A stretch of DNA of 64,000 bases from Ginglymostoma cirratum (taxonomy: Eukaryota): assembly GCA_024137785.1 (NCBI GenBank), contig JAHRHZ010000289.1, positions 23,625,512 through 23,689,511 of the forward strand, read 5' to 3'. Position numbers and translations under genes: made by a program. Below, in pieces: positions 62,301-64,000 of the stretch; the stretch's first letter is position 1; every line of letters starts with the position of its first letter. The notes beneath the pieces are model-generated. The model made no database searches. It saw only the letters and a list, made by a program, of their open reading frames with translations, and was not told the DNA's origin.

Positions 62301-63296
62301 CGTGACTAGCTTAGTCAGAAAGTGTATGTACTGCCATGCTTTATACTTCGCAAAATTGACGATTAAAGGTGAGTTAGGGATTTTTTTTAATCATTGAAGA
62401 AACCTGTTTCTCTGGTTTTTTTTTTTGTGTCTCAACTGAATGTTCGTACTAGCCTACACTCAACAATCTGTGGAACTTGTAGGCTCAACTGGCCCTTTCT
62501 ACTACACTTTGGAAAAAGAAATTGTCCAACATCTGTCAACAGGAATAATTGAAATGTTTTAAGTGAGCTGAAAGCCCTAATAAGGAAGGCATTGCCAGCC
62601 AACAGATGTATGGACAGTAATGAATCTCCCTTTTAGACCCTTGTTTTCATGTCTGTTCCCCACCATGCTCAGAATGTGAGGCCCTTTCCACTTTACTCTT
62701 CTGTGCTCCCAACCTTACCTTCTGGCCTCCTTTAGACCACTCATACACTCCTTGACCTCATTCTTTAGCCTATCTCCCATTACCTTGACTTGCACTTGGT
62801 GGGCCTGAGGCCTCATGAGAGCTACAATTGTCCTTTTCACCTCATTGTGCCACTGAGTTCAACAACAAAAACTACTCAGCTCAGACACATAATGTCATAA
62901 AGCTGTGAGATGCAAGTTGCCTTTAAACAAACATGAGCCGGGTACCACAAGATTCTCATGCACTGCTAACTTAATCTTGAAGGTAATTATGAAAGGCTGT
63001 ATTGAGTACATTCATGACAATGCAAATGTATTAAATGTAGGAACCCACTAGCAGACAACAGACCTGACCACCATAAATACAGCACTGATTGAATCAATCA
63101 TTAAATTTAGAACTGTCATTAAGAAAGTGGGATTTTGGCTCCTCCTTAATTAAGTCACCCTATCTGCCATCTTTCTTGCTTTTGTAGACCCCATAAAATC
63201 TCTCCCTGCCCCCACCTCCTTGCCATTGTTCTCAATTTTACCAGGGAAACAAACAGAACAGACATGAGCCCTGAAGAATTCCCACATTTGCCTTCT

Positions 63297-64000
63297 TTTT
63301 TAAAAATTCATTTGTGGGAAGTGTGCGTCAATGGCTAGTCAGCATTTATTCCCCATCCCTTCTTGCTTTTGAGAATGTGGTGGTGAACTGCCTTCTTGGA
63401 CTGCTGCAGTCCACCTGCTGTGGGTTGACCTACAATGCCATTACGCATGGAATTCTAGGATATTGACCTAGCGATAGTGAAAGAGCGGTGAAATATTTCC
63501 AAGTCAGGATGGTGAGTGGCTGGGAGGGGAACTTGAAGGCGGTGGTATTTCCATATATTTGTTGTTCTTGTCCTTCTAGATGGAAGTGGTCATGGTTGGG
63601 AAGGTGCTGTCTGAGGATCTTTGGTGATTTCCAAAAGTGCACCTTGTAGATAGTACTCACTGCTGCTACTGAGCGTCGTTGGTGGGGGGAATGGATGCTT
63701 GTGGATGTAGTGCCAAACAAGTGTGCTGCTTTGTCTTGGAAGATGTCAAGCTTCGAGGGTTGTTGGAGCTGCACCCATCCAGACGAGTGGGGAGTATTCC
63801 ATCACACTCCTGAGTTAGGCCTTGTAGATGGTGGACAAGCTCTGGGGAGTCAGGAGGTGAGTTACTCGCTGCAATATTCCTAGCCTCTGACCTGCTCTTG
63901 TAGCCACAGTGTTTATGTCGCAAGTCCAGTTGAGTTTCTGGTCAATGGTAACCTCCAGGATGTTGATACTAGGGTATTCAATGATGGTAGCACCAATGAA
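63297..64000 (-). mobile_element. Non-LTR retrotransposon 3' region (CR1/L2-related), runs off the window end
   Basis: Minus frames give 'HLLTPQSLSTIYKA*LRSVMEYSPLVWMGAAPTTL' and 'KLDIFQDKAAHLFGT...RRSVAAVSTIYKVH'; 3' UTR ends in aatgaattttt. Confidence 0.88.

Overview
Eukaryotic, AT-rich, repeat-rich non-coding DNA, almost certainly from a cartilaginous fish. HE1-type V-SINEs, CR1/HER1-type LINEs, Deu-domain SINEs and shark-type Penelope termini are all present; an orectolobiform (carpet) shark is my inference from the repeat variants. No host protein-coding gene could be named, and nearly all ORFs in the track are chance frames or decayed retroelement frames. Supported content: several decayed CR1, L2 and RTE LINE fragments, three or four SINE families, two relics of the Myb/SANT gene of PIF/Harbinger transposons (one still showing splice sites), and about 10 short Penelope-like terminal inserts from three sequence families. 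The best structural signal is in those inserts. They start with a minimal type-I hammerhead ribozyme core (CUGANGA-A-stem II-GAAA-palindromic stem III-UH) whose stems differ between families but stay paired. Several are head-to-head palindromes, and four carry 12-15 bp target-site duplications. One palindrome spans the 400-N gap, which looks artefactual because both flanks carry the same 36-mer. Weaker leads: a minus-strand acceptor followed by a perfect-Kozak 49-aa ORF (27551-27754), a GC-rich hairpin next to a splice donor (about 31655-31740), a bipartite CTCF-like motif, and scattered minus-strand exon-like segments that suggest an unidentified minus-strand transcription unit. All repeat-family assignments are from recalled consensus sequences, not from a search.
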